Below, piece after piece: positions 30,148-37,939 of a stretch of DNA of 64,000 nt. Location: IMG/VR virus record IMGVR_UViG_3300035703_000006, positions 62,001-126,000 of that record; one strand, given 5' to 3'. Below the pieces are notes generated by a model. It did not search any database. It had not been told where the DNA came from and saw nothing but the letters and a program-made list of their open reading frames with translations. Position 1 is the stretch's first letter; each line of letters opens with the position of its first letter. The position numbers were made by a program, and so were the translations under genes.

Positions 30148-31306
30148 AGTCAATTCAGAAGAGGGAATTAAGGGTATGACTGTATTTAATACAACCTCTG
30201 TAGATTTTAAAAAACAACCAATGTTTTTTGGTAATCCTCTTGGCGTACAAAGATATGATCAATACAAGTATCCCGTCTTTGACAAATTGACCCAACAGCA
30301 ATTAGGTTACTTTTGGAGACCTGAGGAGGTCTCCCTCCAAAAAGATCGTGCAGATTATCAGACACTGAGACCTGAACAAAAACACATTTTTACATCTAAT
30401 CTTAAATATCAAATTCTTCTTGATTCGGTTCAAGGAAGAGGTCCTGGTATGGCATTTATTCCATATTGCTCTCTTCCTGAATTGGAAGCTTGTATGACTG
30501 TGTGGGAGTTTATGGAGATGATTCATTCTAGATCTTATACGTATATTATCAAAAATGTGTATGCAGATCCTACAGAAGTATTTGATACTATCTTAAATAA
30601 TGAAAGGATTCTTGAGAGAGCATCTTCAGTTACTGAAGCATATGATGATTTTATTAATGCTGCACAGAGATATGGTACATCTAATGAGTGGATTTTTGCA
30701 CAAGAAAATGCTGGTTATGCAAGAGAAGATCGTATTGAATTAAAAAGAAAACTTTATCGTGCTATTGCAAATGTCAACATTCTCGAAGGTATCAGGTTTT
30801 ATGTTTCGTTCGCTTGCAGCTTTGCATTTGGTGAACTCAAACTTATGGAAGGATCAGCTAAAATTATCTCTCTCATCGCAAGAGACGAAAATCAGCACCT
30901 TGTCATTACTCAAAACATCCTCAATAAGTGGAGTGAAGGGGATGATCCAGAGATGCAGCAAATTGCTAAAGAGGAACAAGATTGGGTAATCAATCAATTT
31001 AAAAATTGTGTAAATCAAGAAAAGTCTTGGGCACAATACTTATTTAAAGATGGATCCATGATTGGTTTAAATGATAAACTTCTTAACAATTATGTTGAGT
31101 GGATTGCAAATCGTCGTATGAAATCTATTGGCATTAAACCAATTTATGATATTTCTGCAAAGAATAATCCTCTTCCTTGGACTGAGCATTGGATTAGTTC
31201 TAAGGGACTCCAAGTTGCTCCGCAAGAAACAGAAGTTGAATCTTATGTTGTTGGTGGCATTAAACAGGATGTCACAAAAGATTCTTTTAGTGGATTTAAA
31301 CTTTAA
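30128..31306 (+). CDS. nrdB: Ribonucleotide reductase beta subunit
   Basis: FWRPEEV, DSVQGR, EMIHSRSY, EGIRFYVSF, RDENQH and VAPQETE motifs. Confidence 0.97.
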   Translation: MTVVKFRVNSEEGIKGMTVFNTTSVDFKKQPMFFGNPLGVQRYDQYKYPVFDKLTQQQLGYFWRPEEVSLQKDRADYQTLRPEQKHIFTSNLKYQILLDSVQGRGPGMAFIPYCSLPELEACMTVWEFMEMIHSRSYTYIIKNVYADPTEVFDTILNNERILERASSVTEAYDDFINAAQRYGTSNEWIFAQENAGYAREDRIELKRKLYRAIANVNILEGIRFYVSFACSFAFGELKLMEGSAKIISLIARDENQHLVITQNILNKWSEGDDPEMQQIAKEEQDWVINQFKNCVNQEKSWAQYLFKDGSMIGLNDKLLNNYVEWIANRRMKSIGIKPIYDISAKNNPLPWTEHWISSKGLQVAPQETEVESYVVGGIKQDVTKDSFSGFKL

Positions 31307-31332
31307 ATTTGTAACAAAAAATACAAAAAAAC

Positions 31333-31362
31333 TTGACTATATAACTGCAGAAGAGGTATAGT
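31333..31362 (+). promoter_or_regulatory. Host-RNAP (early) promoter TTGACT-18 bp-TATAGT
   Basis: Would start transcription near 31369-31371, at the first riboswitch-like element. Confidence 0.6.
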
Positions 31363-31370
31363 ACCTCTAA

Positions 31371-31421
31371 CGTTCATTTGCTATTTGCAAATAGCAAACG
31401 GAAGTAAGCCGACTCGGAACG
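31371..31421 (+). ncRNA. glnA-type glutamine riboswitch-like aptamer 1
   Basis: P1 CGTTC/GAACG; P2 is a perfect 22-nt palindrome (31377-31398); junction CGGAAGTAAG matches the glnA E-loop motif; P3 is short and atypical. Confidence 0.65.
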
Positions 31422-31441
31422 GATCAAAACCTACTATAGGT

Positions 31442-31610
31442 CGTTCATCTATGGAAGCACTCATTCTAACTTGCTTGCAGGCACAATTAATTGTTGGGAG
31501 AATTCATAAACAGGAAATTCCCAAACAAGTAAAGAATGATTTAATTTGGGAGATTAAACAAATTTCTCCCAAAGAGTGCAAAATAGACGCAAAAGCCGAC
31601 TGAAGGAACG
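31442..31610 (+). ncRNA. glnA-type glutamine riboswitch-like aptamer 2 with ORF-containing P2 loop
   Basis: 5' CGTTCA-TCTAT; 3' ATAGA-CGCAAAAGCCGACTGAAGGAACG; shares GCCGACT..GGAACG with aptamer 1. Confidence 0.6.
31451..31603 (+). CDS. 50-aa peptide nested inside aptamer 2 (MEALILTCLQAQ...ECKIDAKAD)
   Basis: Open frame from ATG 31451 to TGA 31603; two Cys; the last codons are also the aptamer 3' strand. Confidence 0.6.
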   Translation: MEALILTCLQAQLIVGRIHKQEIPKQVKNDLIWEIKQISPKECKIDAKAD

Positions 31611-31641
31611 CTCTTTAACCTCAAAATTAAGGAGAACCCTA

Positions 31642-31800
31642 ATGTCTAAAGTCGTTTATAGAGGTTGTCAGTATGACACCGAAGATGCAAAAAAAGAGTA
31701 TATATCCTGGTATAACCAAACTCATGCCCCTGCACATCCACAAAATACATATCGTGGAGTAGCATATCGTCCATGCAAAAACATGGAGGTGCAAAAATGA
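31642..31800 (+). CDS. DUF4278-like small protein
   Basis: Two YRG motifs (VVYRGCQY, TYRGVAY); AAGGAG Shine-Dalgarno. Confidence 0.8.
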   Translation: MSKVVYRGCQYDTEDAKKEYISWYNQTHAPAHPQNTYRGVAYRPCKNMEVQK

Positions 31801-31898
31801 ATACTTACTTCGTTCTTTATCTTAAGAGAAAAGCAAAAAAAGAAAAACTTCTTAAACTTGCACAATTAAATATGGCAAAGCAACCACAAGTTGCTTGA
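31797..31898 (+). CDS. 33-aa basic peptide (MNTYFVLYLKRKAKKEKLLKLAQLNMAKQPQVA)
   Basis: ATGA-coupled to the DUF4278-like gene; GGAGG upstream; followed by a terminator. Confidence 0.55.
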   Translation: MNTYFVLYLKRKAKKEKLLKLAQLNMAKQPQVA

Positions 31899-31902
31899 AT
31901 TT

Positions 31903-31935
31903 AGAGGGGCATTTGTCCCTCTTTTTTTATAAATA
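31903..31935 (+). terminator. Terminator (AGAGGG/CCCTCT + T run) abutting late promoter TATAAATA (31928-31935)
   Basis: Seen directly in the sequence. Confidence 0.8.
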
Positions 31936-31955
31936 ACTAAAAATAGTCTAAAAAG

Positions 31956-33173
31956 ATGTCCCTAAGAAATTCATATAAAAGTTTTTATAGTGAAGGTATT
32001 GCTGCAGAGCATCCAGACGTTGCTGGACAAAAAGAATTTGCCAAGAAAGCAGATGCTGAAGTTGCTCGCAGAAAAGCAGCAAGAGCAAAAAAAGCAGGAC
32101 CACAACTTCCAAGTTTTGTTGCGTCAGTAAGAAAAGAAGAAACTGAACTTGATGAAAAGATTGATGTAGGTGCTAATGTTAGTAAAACAATCAGTGATTT
32201 TGTTCATTCAAAAAGCAAAACATTCAAAGGTGACACTAAAAAACAAAGAATTAAAAGAGCACTTGGTGCTTATTATGCAGCACAAAAAGAAGAAACAGAA
32301 AACATGTATAATTACATCATTGAAACGTTAGTTGCTGCTGATTACGCAGAGAATTATGAGGCAGCAAAAGTAATGTTTGAGCACATTAGTGATGAGTTTG
32401 CTTCTACTATCCTCGAAGAATATATTGAAGAAAAGGCAAGAGGAACTAGAAAGAAATCATCTGTTCACGCATATGATGTCGATGAGACTCTTTTTGGCCA
32501 CGGAAAAAAAGGAAAACCAAACGTTCAGGTTCACGTAAAAGATGAGTCTGGAAAGAGAGTTCAAAGTTTAAGTAACCAGGAGTTTAACACTCATAAACTT
32601 CAGAAAGGTCATTCTTATGACTTTAGTGAATTCCAAAGTGCTAAGAAGTTTAGAGAAACTTCAACACCAAATAAAAGAGTGATTAAAGATATTAAGAGAA
32701 AGCAAGCAAGAGGTCAAAACGTTCATTTGATTACTGCTCGTTCTAAGTTTGATGATCCTAAAGAGTTTCACTCACATCTACAAAAACACGGAGTTAATGT
32801 TCCTTTGAAAAACATTCATTACACTGGTGGAATGAGAGGTGGTGATATTGGTAAGAAAAAAGTTGATGTTGCAAATGCAGTAGCAAAGCAAAGTGGTGCC
32901 AAGACTACACATATGTACGATGATGCTGCCAAAGTTCACAAAGCATTTGAGAAAGAAAGGGAAGAAAATCCTACATCAAAGACAATCAAAACTCATATGG
33001 TTGCACCAGGGGCAGATGGTGAGTCAAGAGTTCGTTCTTTCCAAGCAACTAAAGGTGGAACCACTGGTGGTCCGAAAAAGACCACTAAACAAAAGCAACG
33101 TGCAAGAAAGAAAGCAAGAAAGAATATGGGTGAAGAGATGACCTCTTATGAATACTGGAAGCAATTTATTTGA
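31956..33173 (+). CDS. Probable head-internal protein carrying a HAD-superfamily phosphatase domain
   Basis: HAD motifs YDVDETL, LITARS, K and YDD; acidic [IL]xE linkers; late promoter upstream. Confidence 0.7.
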   Translation: MSLRNSYKSFYSEGIAAEHPDVAGQKEFAKKADAEVARRKAARAKKAGPQLPSFVASVRKEETELDEKIDVGANVSKTISDFVHSKSKTFKGDTKKQRIKRALGAYYAAQKEETENMYNYIIETLVAADYAENYEAAKVMFEHISDEFASTILEEYIEEKARGTRKKSSVHAYDVDETLFGHGKKGKPNVQVHVKDESGKRVQSLSNQEFNTHKLQKGHSYDFSEFQSAKKFRETSTPNKRVIKDIKRKQARGQNVHLITARSKFDDPKEFHSHLQKHGVNVPLKNIHYTGGMRGGDIGKKKVDVANAVAKQSGAKTTHMYDDAAKVHKAFEKEREENPTSKTIKTHMVAPGADGESRVRSFQATKGGTTGGPKKTTKQKQRARKKARKNMGEEMTSYEYWKQFI

Positions 33174-33206
33174 TAAATAAGTATATAAAAGTACTTTTTG
33201 TGTAGA

Positions 33207-34862
33207 ATGAAAAAGCAAGACTTGGATGCTTTAGCAAGTTTATATGAGAGTGTTTATTCATCTATAGAGAGTGGTGAATATTTAGTTGAAGGTCCTTATG
33301 ATGCTGCTAATGTGAGGAGAGCACAACAATCGCAGCAAGGAAGAGATTCATTAAGAAACATAGGTGGATTTGCTGGATTAGCACAAGCAGCAAGAGCAGC
33401 TGGTGATACTGCTGGTGCTAAAAGATACATGCAAAAATCTCAACAAATTGGAGATCAAAGAAGAGCATCTGTTGCAAGAGCAAATGCTGAACAGAGAGCA
33501 TCTTCTGCTGCAAGAAGACAACAGGATATTGCTGCTTATCAACAAGCATTTGGGAGAAAACCAAATTCAAAACCAATTCAACCATCTGCATTAGCAGGTA
33601 GAGTTAGTAGCACCAGCGATATTGCAGCATTAAGAAGAGGACAAGAACAAGCAAGACAAAATCAACTGGCAGCAGCATCAAGAAAGACAGGATCGGGGGG
33701 TAATACAATACCAGTAGCAGCACCAGGATCAGCAACTTTTGCATCAACATCACAAAAACCAGTGGTTAGAAGTGTTATTGAAAAACCTCCATCAAAACCA
33801 CCAAAATCACCAACACCAGCAATTGGAAAACTTGGGAGCACCACATTTGAAAGAAGAACTCCAACTTCTGCTGAATTAAAAGCAGCACAAGCAGAACGTG
33901 CAAAACAAGAAGCATCAGGGCAAGATACTAGTTCTGTAAAGAATGCAGAAAAGGCACTTCAAGCAGCACAGAGGACAAATCTTCCTACAACTGGACCATC
34001 TCCTGCAATACCTGATTTGAAGAGTGTAAATGCAGATTTAGCAAAATTCACTCCAAGAGATATGAATAAATATCCAATAAAAACACCAAATCCTATAAAT
34101 AATACAAAACCTTCACAAACAATGAAAAGTTCTTACGAATGGCCTTCTGCAAAAACAATTAGAGATATTGCAGATGCTTATTCTTCAATCTATGAAGCAA
34201 AGAAAAAAGTAGACCAGGACCAAGATGGTGATAAGGATAAAGACTTTGCGGATGTAATGATTGCAAGAATGATGGCATCTGGAATGTCAAGAGCAGAAGC
34301 AATCGCAGCAGTTAGAAATAAAGAATATAATGAAGAGTATGAATTAGATGAAGCAACCAGAATGAGAAAGGAACTTGGTAAAGAAGGTGAAACCAGAGTT
34401 CGTGGAGAACTTGCTGCACGTTCAAGAGCATATCAACGTTCTGGTAGTATAGATAGAACCATTGCTGGAGCAGAAGCAGCAGCAGATAGAATTACTCCAA
34501 GAGGACGTAATGAAAGTCCAGGTGAGTATAAACAGAGAATGCAAAAACGTTCTAGAACTTTAAGAGGACTTGCAGCATCGAGAAGAGGTTCGGTAAGAGA
34601 TAAACCTAGAGCAGGCATGAGAGGGTATGCTGCTAAGGTAGAAGGTCCAGATAAGGAGTTACAGACAGCAAGACAAAGAGCAATGTCAGCAGGAACTCTA
34701 ACTCCAAAAGAGAAGAAACAATTAGGTGAAGAGTATCAAATTTATGAAATTGTAGCATCATATCTTTTAGAAAACAACTTTGCAGAAACAATTAATGATG
34801 CAAATGTAATCATTGAAAATATGAGTGAAGTTTGGTTAGAAGAAATCTTAAATAATAATTGA
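33207..34862 (+). CDS. Large low-complexity probable head-internal protein
   Basis: Ala/Gln/Arg-rich; LASLYESVY and IADAYSSIYE motifs; EF-hand-like DQDQDGDKDKDFAD; C-terminal YEIVASYLLENNFAE...MSEVW module. Confidence 0.7.
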   Translation: MKKQDLDALASLYESVYSSIESGEYLVEGPYDAANVRRAQQSQQGRDSLRNIGGFAGLAQAARAAGDTAGAKRYMQKSQQIGDQRRASVARANAEQRASSAARRQQDIAAYQQAFGRKPNSKPIQPSALAGRVSSTSDIAALRRGQEQARQNQLAAASRKTGSGGNTIPVAAPGSATFASTSQKPVVRSVIEKPPSKPPKSPTPAIGKLGSTTFERRTPTSAELKAAQAERAKQEASGQDTSSVKNAEKALQAAQRTNLPTTGPSPAIPDLKSVNADLAKFTPRDMNKYPIKTPNPINNTKPSQTMKSSYEWPSAKTIRDIADAYSSIYEAKKKVDQDQDGDKDKDFADVMIARMMASGMSRAEAIAAVRNKEYNEEYELDEATRMRKELGKEGETRVRGELAARSRAYQRSGSIDRTIAGAEAAADRITPRGRNESPGEYKQRMQKRSRTLRGLAASRRGSVRDKPRAGMRGYAAKVEGPDKELQTARQRAMSAGTLTPKEKKQLGEEYQIYEIVASYLLENNFAETINDANVIIENMSEVWLEEILNNN

Positions 34863-34880
34863 TAAAACTTATATATACCT

Positions 34881-34915
34881 CACCCCTTGACAGGGGTGTT
34901 TTTTATGTCTATAAT
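34881..34915 (+). promoter_or_regulatory. Terminator hairpin CACCCC-TTGACA-GGGGTG whose loop is a perfect -35, with TATAAT 17 bp downstream
   Basis: TTGACA at 34887-34892; TATAAT at 34910-34915. Confidence 0.85.
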
Positions 34916-34979
34916 GACTCTGTGGAGTTTCAAGATTATTTGTATCTATAAATATCTTGAATATTCTTAAGACCCCATA

Positions 34980-35429
34980 ATGAGTTATGAAAACCCTTGG
35001 ATGTACCAAGGAAATGTATTTGATACCGATAATATTCAAGATAACTTTGGTTTTGTATATCTTATATCTTGTAATAAGAATGGTCGAAAATATTGGGGAA
35101 GAAAGTATTTTTGGTCTTTTAGAACTCCTCCAGGAAAAAAGAGAAAAGTAAAACAGGAATCTGATTGGAAAAAGTATTATGGTTCTTGTCCTGAATTAAA
35201 AGAAGATATAAAGAAATACGGAAAGGAATTTTTTAGTAGAGAGATTATAAGTCTTCATAAGACAAAAGGAAAATGTAATTATGAAGAGACTAAACAATTA
35301 TTTTTAAATAATGTCTTAACTGAGTCTCTTGACAATGGAGTCCCTGCGTACTATAATTCAAATATACTTTCAAGATACTTCAGGAAGGATTACTTTAATG
35401 AAACTTCAAATCAAGAAAATATGCAATGA
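34980..35429 (+). CDS. GIY-YIG (Seg-like) endonuclease
   Basis: GFVYLI...RKYWGRK, WKKYYGS, F.REII and YNSNI motifs; TATAAATA at 34947-34954. Confidence 0.8.
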   Translation: MSYENPWMYQGNVFDTDNIQDNFGFVYLISCNKNGRKYWGRKYFWSFRTPPGKKRKVKQESDWKKYYGSCPELKEDIKKYGKEFFSREIISLHKTKGKCNYEETKQLFLNNVLTESLDNGVPAYYNSNILSRYFRKDYFNETSNQENMQ

Positions 35430-35595
35430 TATAATCAGTGATAGGATTGATCGTATGCATGTTTTGTGTGATGAGGGTAACTTTATAGATGCTCAAAGTG
35501 TTTATAGTGAGATTCGTGATTGGGTAATTCAAAAAGAAAATCTTGAAGTTCTATCTCTAGATTATATCAAAGATTATTTTATTGATTTTGAGTGA
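35398..35595 (+). CDS. Hypothetical protein
   Basis: C-terminal part of track ORF 35329-35595; start uncertain. Confidence 0.5.
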   Translation: MKLQIKKICNDIISDRIDRMHVLCDEGNFIDAQSVYSEIRDWVIQKENLEVLSLDYIKDYFIDFE

Positions 35596-35760
35596 AATCT
35601 AAATAATCTGATATAATGCAAAAATCCTTTTTGGATTCCTATTATGAGTAGGTTTTAATATTATTAGATTTTGATCGTGACAATCAGAGCCGTGGAGATT
35701 GCCTTCTGAGAAGAAGGTATACCCCTTTCTCTATACGGATGTAGAGTTCAATTAAATTTA

Positions 35761-36423
35761 ATGCAATCAATCTTTACAGTAGCCTTGCCCCTTTTGGCAA
35801 CGGTTACAACCAGCACGGCATCACTGCCATTCGTCAACTACAAGATGCAAGGACCTCCTCCTCCAGTTGATGTTAAACCATTTTCTGTTATTAAAGAGTT
35901 TGATCTTGTAGATGAAAAGAAGACAGCAATCCGAGAGGTTGCTCCCGAAAAACCAAAAGAGAAAAGGTTAATTTGTAAAGGGTGTTCAGAACATGAAAAC
36001 CTTGCTTTGGATTACTTCCAAGAACAAGGAATTAAAGACAGAAACGCCCTTGCTACCATTATGGGCAATATTAAGCAAGAATCTATGTTTGTGCCTAATA
36101 TTTGTGAAGGTGGTAGCAGAACCAGTTGGAGTAACTGCGGTCGTGGTTACGGACTGATTCAATGGACATCTGCCAACCGATATTATGGATTGGGTGACTT
36201 TGCTAGAAAGTTTGGTGGTTCTCCATCAAGCATTCACACGCAACTTCGTTATCTTACGAATGAAGTCCAATGGAAAGACATTGAGAGTCGTATGAAGACT
36301 CCTGGTAAGTCTATCAATCGTTACATGGACTATGCGTATAGTTGGATTGGTTGGGGGCATCATGGTGCTCGTACATCTTATGCACATGATTATGCTTCTA
36401 AACTGATTACGGTAGAAGTTTGA
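35761..36423 (+). CDS. Phage-tail-lysozyme-like muramidase with N-terminal signal/hydrophobic segment
   Basis: ALATIMGNIKQES, GYGLIQWT and TQLRYL lysozyme-like motifs. Confidence 0.7.
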   Translation: MQSIFTVALPLLATVTTSTASLPFVNYKMQGPPPPVDVKPFSVIKEFDLVDEKKTAIREVAPEKPKEKRLICKGCSEHENLALDYFQEQGIKDRNALATIMGNIKQESMFVPNICEGGSRTSWSNCGRGYGLIQWTSANRYYGLGDFARKFGGSPSSIHTQLRYLTNEVQWKDIESRMKTPGKSINRYMDYAYSWIGWGHHGARTSYAHDYASKLITVEV

Positions 36424-36464
36424 TACAATAGAATAAAAGGGAGGATTAATATCCTCCTGTAAGT

Positions 36465-36535
36465 GCGGATATGGTGTAGTGGTAACATACCATCCTTCCA
36501 AGTTGTAGTCACGGGTTCGAATCCCGTTATCCGCT
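36465..36535 (+). tRNA. tRNA-Gly (anticodon TCC), no encoded CCA
   Basis: Acceptor GCGGATA/TATCCGC, D-loop AGTGGTA, loop CTTCCAA, T-arm ACGGG-TTCGAAT-CCCGT, discriminator U; two mismatches in the anticodon stem. Confidence 0.88.
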
Positions 36536-36676
36536 TCGGGAATTCAATTCCCGATAAATTCTAAATAGAACAAGTGATGAAACCTCAAATACTCGTTGAG
36601 TCACTGAATTACGGAGTTAGTCGAAACTCCTTACATCCGCAGGTATTATTCTGCGAGAAACTATAGAGGTACTATT

Positions 36677-37045
36677 ATGTTTAAATCCGCATTCGCAGCT
36701 GTTGCTGCTACTCCTTTCCTTGCTTCGGCTGCATTTGCTGGCCCTTATGTTGAGAGCAAGACCACCGCTGCTGCTGTTGATGGTGATTACAAGGGTGCTC
36801 AAACCGAACTTCGTGTTGGTTATGAGCAAAAGACCGCTGGGGGCACAACCATCTTCGGTGAAATTGGACCTGGTTATGAATTTGTGAATGGTGGTGATGG
36901 GCAAGGTGTTGCTGTTGGTGAAGTTGGTGTAAATTTCCCGATTGCTAAGCAACTCTCTGGTAAAGTAAAAGTTGCTGGTGAGTATGGATTCAATTCTGAG
37001 GTCTTTGCTCTTGGTGGTGAAGTAAAAGTTCGTTACGCTTTTTGA
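36677..37045 (+). CDS. Small outer-membrane beta-barrel-like protein with signal peptide
   Basis: Signal peptide ending in AFA; alternating hydrophobic strands; C-terminal VRYAF. Confidence 0.7.
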   Translation: MFKSAFAAVAATPFLASAAFAGPYVESKTTAAAVDGDYKGAQTELRVGYEQKTAGGTTIFGEIGPGYEFVNGGDGQGVAVGEVGVNFPIAKQLSGKVKVAGEYGFNSEVFALGGEVKVRYAF

Positions 37046-37068
37046 TAAAAAACTCATAAGTTGAGTAG

Positions 37069-37096
37069 AAGCACCTCTTCGTGAGGTGCTTTTTTA
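37069..37096 (+). terminator. Intrinsic terminator
   Basis: AAGCACCTC/GAGGTGCTT stem followed by a T run. Confidence 0.85.
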
Positions 37097-37137
37097 TTGT
37101 ATAATAAATAAGTAAAATATTTGAAAAATTATAGAAT

Positions 37138-37395
37138 ATGGAAAATATAAAAATTAGATGTCGTTCTTGTGGAAAAGAATTAGAGGGACATCCGACTAAA
37201 ACTATAACTTGTGGTTGTTCAAATATGGCAACTATTCGTGGTGGAGTCATATCTGCATTGGATTTAAGTAATGTTATAATGTTAAATTCTATTAATAAAA
37301 AAGAAAAAACAGGTGTCCTTACATCTGAAGATATTGCTTGGCAAGAAGCACGTCGGCAAAGAAAAGTAAAAAAATTAGATTTTGATGTCCGTTAA
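37138..37395 (+). CDS. Zinc-ribbon hypothetical protein
   Basis: CRSC...CGCSN. Confidence 0.7.
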   Translation: MENIKIRCRSCGKELEGHPTKTITCGCSNMATIRGGVISALDLSNVIMLNSINKKEKTGVLTSEDIAWQEARRQRKVKKLDFDVR

Positions 37396-37473
37396 TTGTG
37401 TCTTTATATCAACACAAACTTGACATCCGTAAGGTGCTCACTAGTATAACTAGTAGTATTCATCTCAAAACTT

Positions 37474-37623
37474 ATGGATCAACATACATACGATAATTGG
37501 GTGAAGATTAAAGAAACTTTTGAAGCTTCTGGAAATCTGGATAATATGTTTTATAAAAGAGCAGTTGAAATTGTGAAAACCAGAAGAGACCCTTTGGCAA
37601 AGTTTCTTGGAGATGAAACGTGA
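37474..37623 (+). CDS. Small conserved cyanophage protein (MDQHTYDNWVKIKETFEASGN...)
   Basis: 49-aa ORF downstream of TTGACA...TATAAC. Confidence 0.65.
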   Translation: MDQHTYDNWVKIKETFEASGNLDNMFYKRAVEIVKTRRDPLAKFLGDET

Positions 37624-37826
37624 TGGAACCTTTTGATGATGATTATATGACTCGTACAGAAGTTCAGGAGATGATCGATGCTGCTATACGAAGGCACAAT
37701 CGAAATGCTTCCATTATTTCTATGTGCGTTGGTTGGGTGGTTCTTGCTTTATTTGCTGAGGGACTTTTGAGACTTGTAGGAGTGATTCCCCCACTACTTC
37801 CTTTTCTTAAAATTACATTGAACTAA
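37623..37826 (+). CDS. Small membrane protein
   Basis: EMIDAAIRRHNRNASIISM followed by a transmembrane helix. Confidence 0.7.
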   Translation: MEPFDDDYMTRTEVQEMIDAAIRRHNRNASIISMCVGWVVLALFAEGLLRLVGVIPPLLPFLKITLN

Positions 37827-37939
37827 TGGTATCAATTACAGAAGAAGATTTAAAAGAATTACAAAGAATAGTTTTACAACAGAAGATAGACGAATTATTT
37901 GAAGAACCATCTACTTACGAGGATGAAGAAGATGAGTAG
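37826..37939 (+). CDS. Small acidic hypothetical protein (37 aa)
   Basis: Coupled ORF read by eye. Confidence 0.5.
   Translation: MVSITEEDLKELQRIVLQQKIDELFEEPSTYEDEEDE

Noticed and set aside
14551-31306. Introns or inteins in gp43, gp41, nrdA and nrdB, which are common insertion targets
   Set aside because: All frames are continuous and of ordinary length, with no intein-like motifs seen.
31377-31398. Perfect 22-bp palindrome as a repressor operator
   Set aside because: Better explained as stem P2 of the riboswitch-like element, given the flanking P1 and junction motifs; not fully excluded.
31385-31641. Track starts at 31385 and 31576 for the two small ORFs
   Set aside because: These extensions run through RNA structure. 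ATG 31642 has a Shine-Dalgarno, and ATG 31451 opens the protein-like part of the nested ORF.
36573-36630. Hammerhead ribozyme (GTGATGA...GAAA)
   Set aside because: The core reads GUGAUGA rather than CUGAUGA, and I could not place the three stems around a cleavage triplet.
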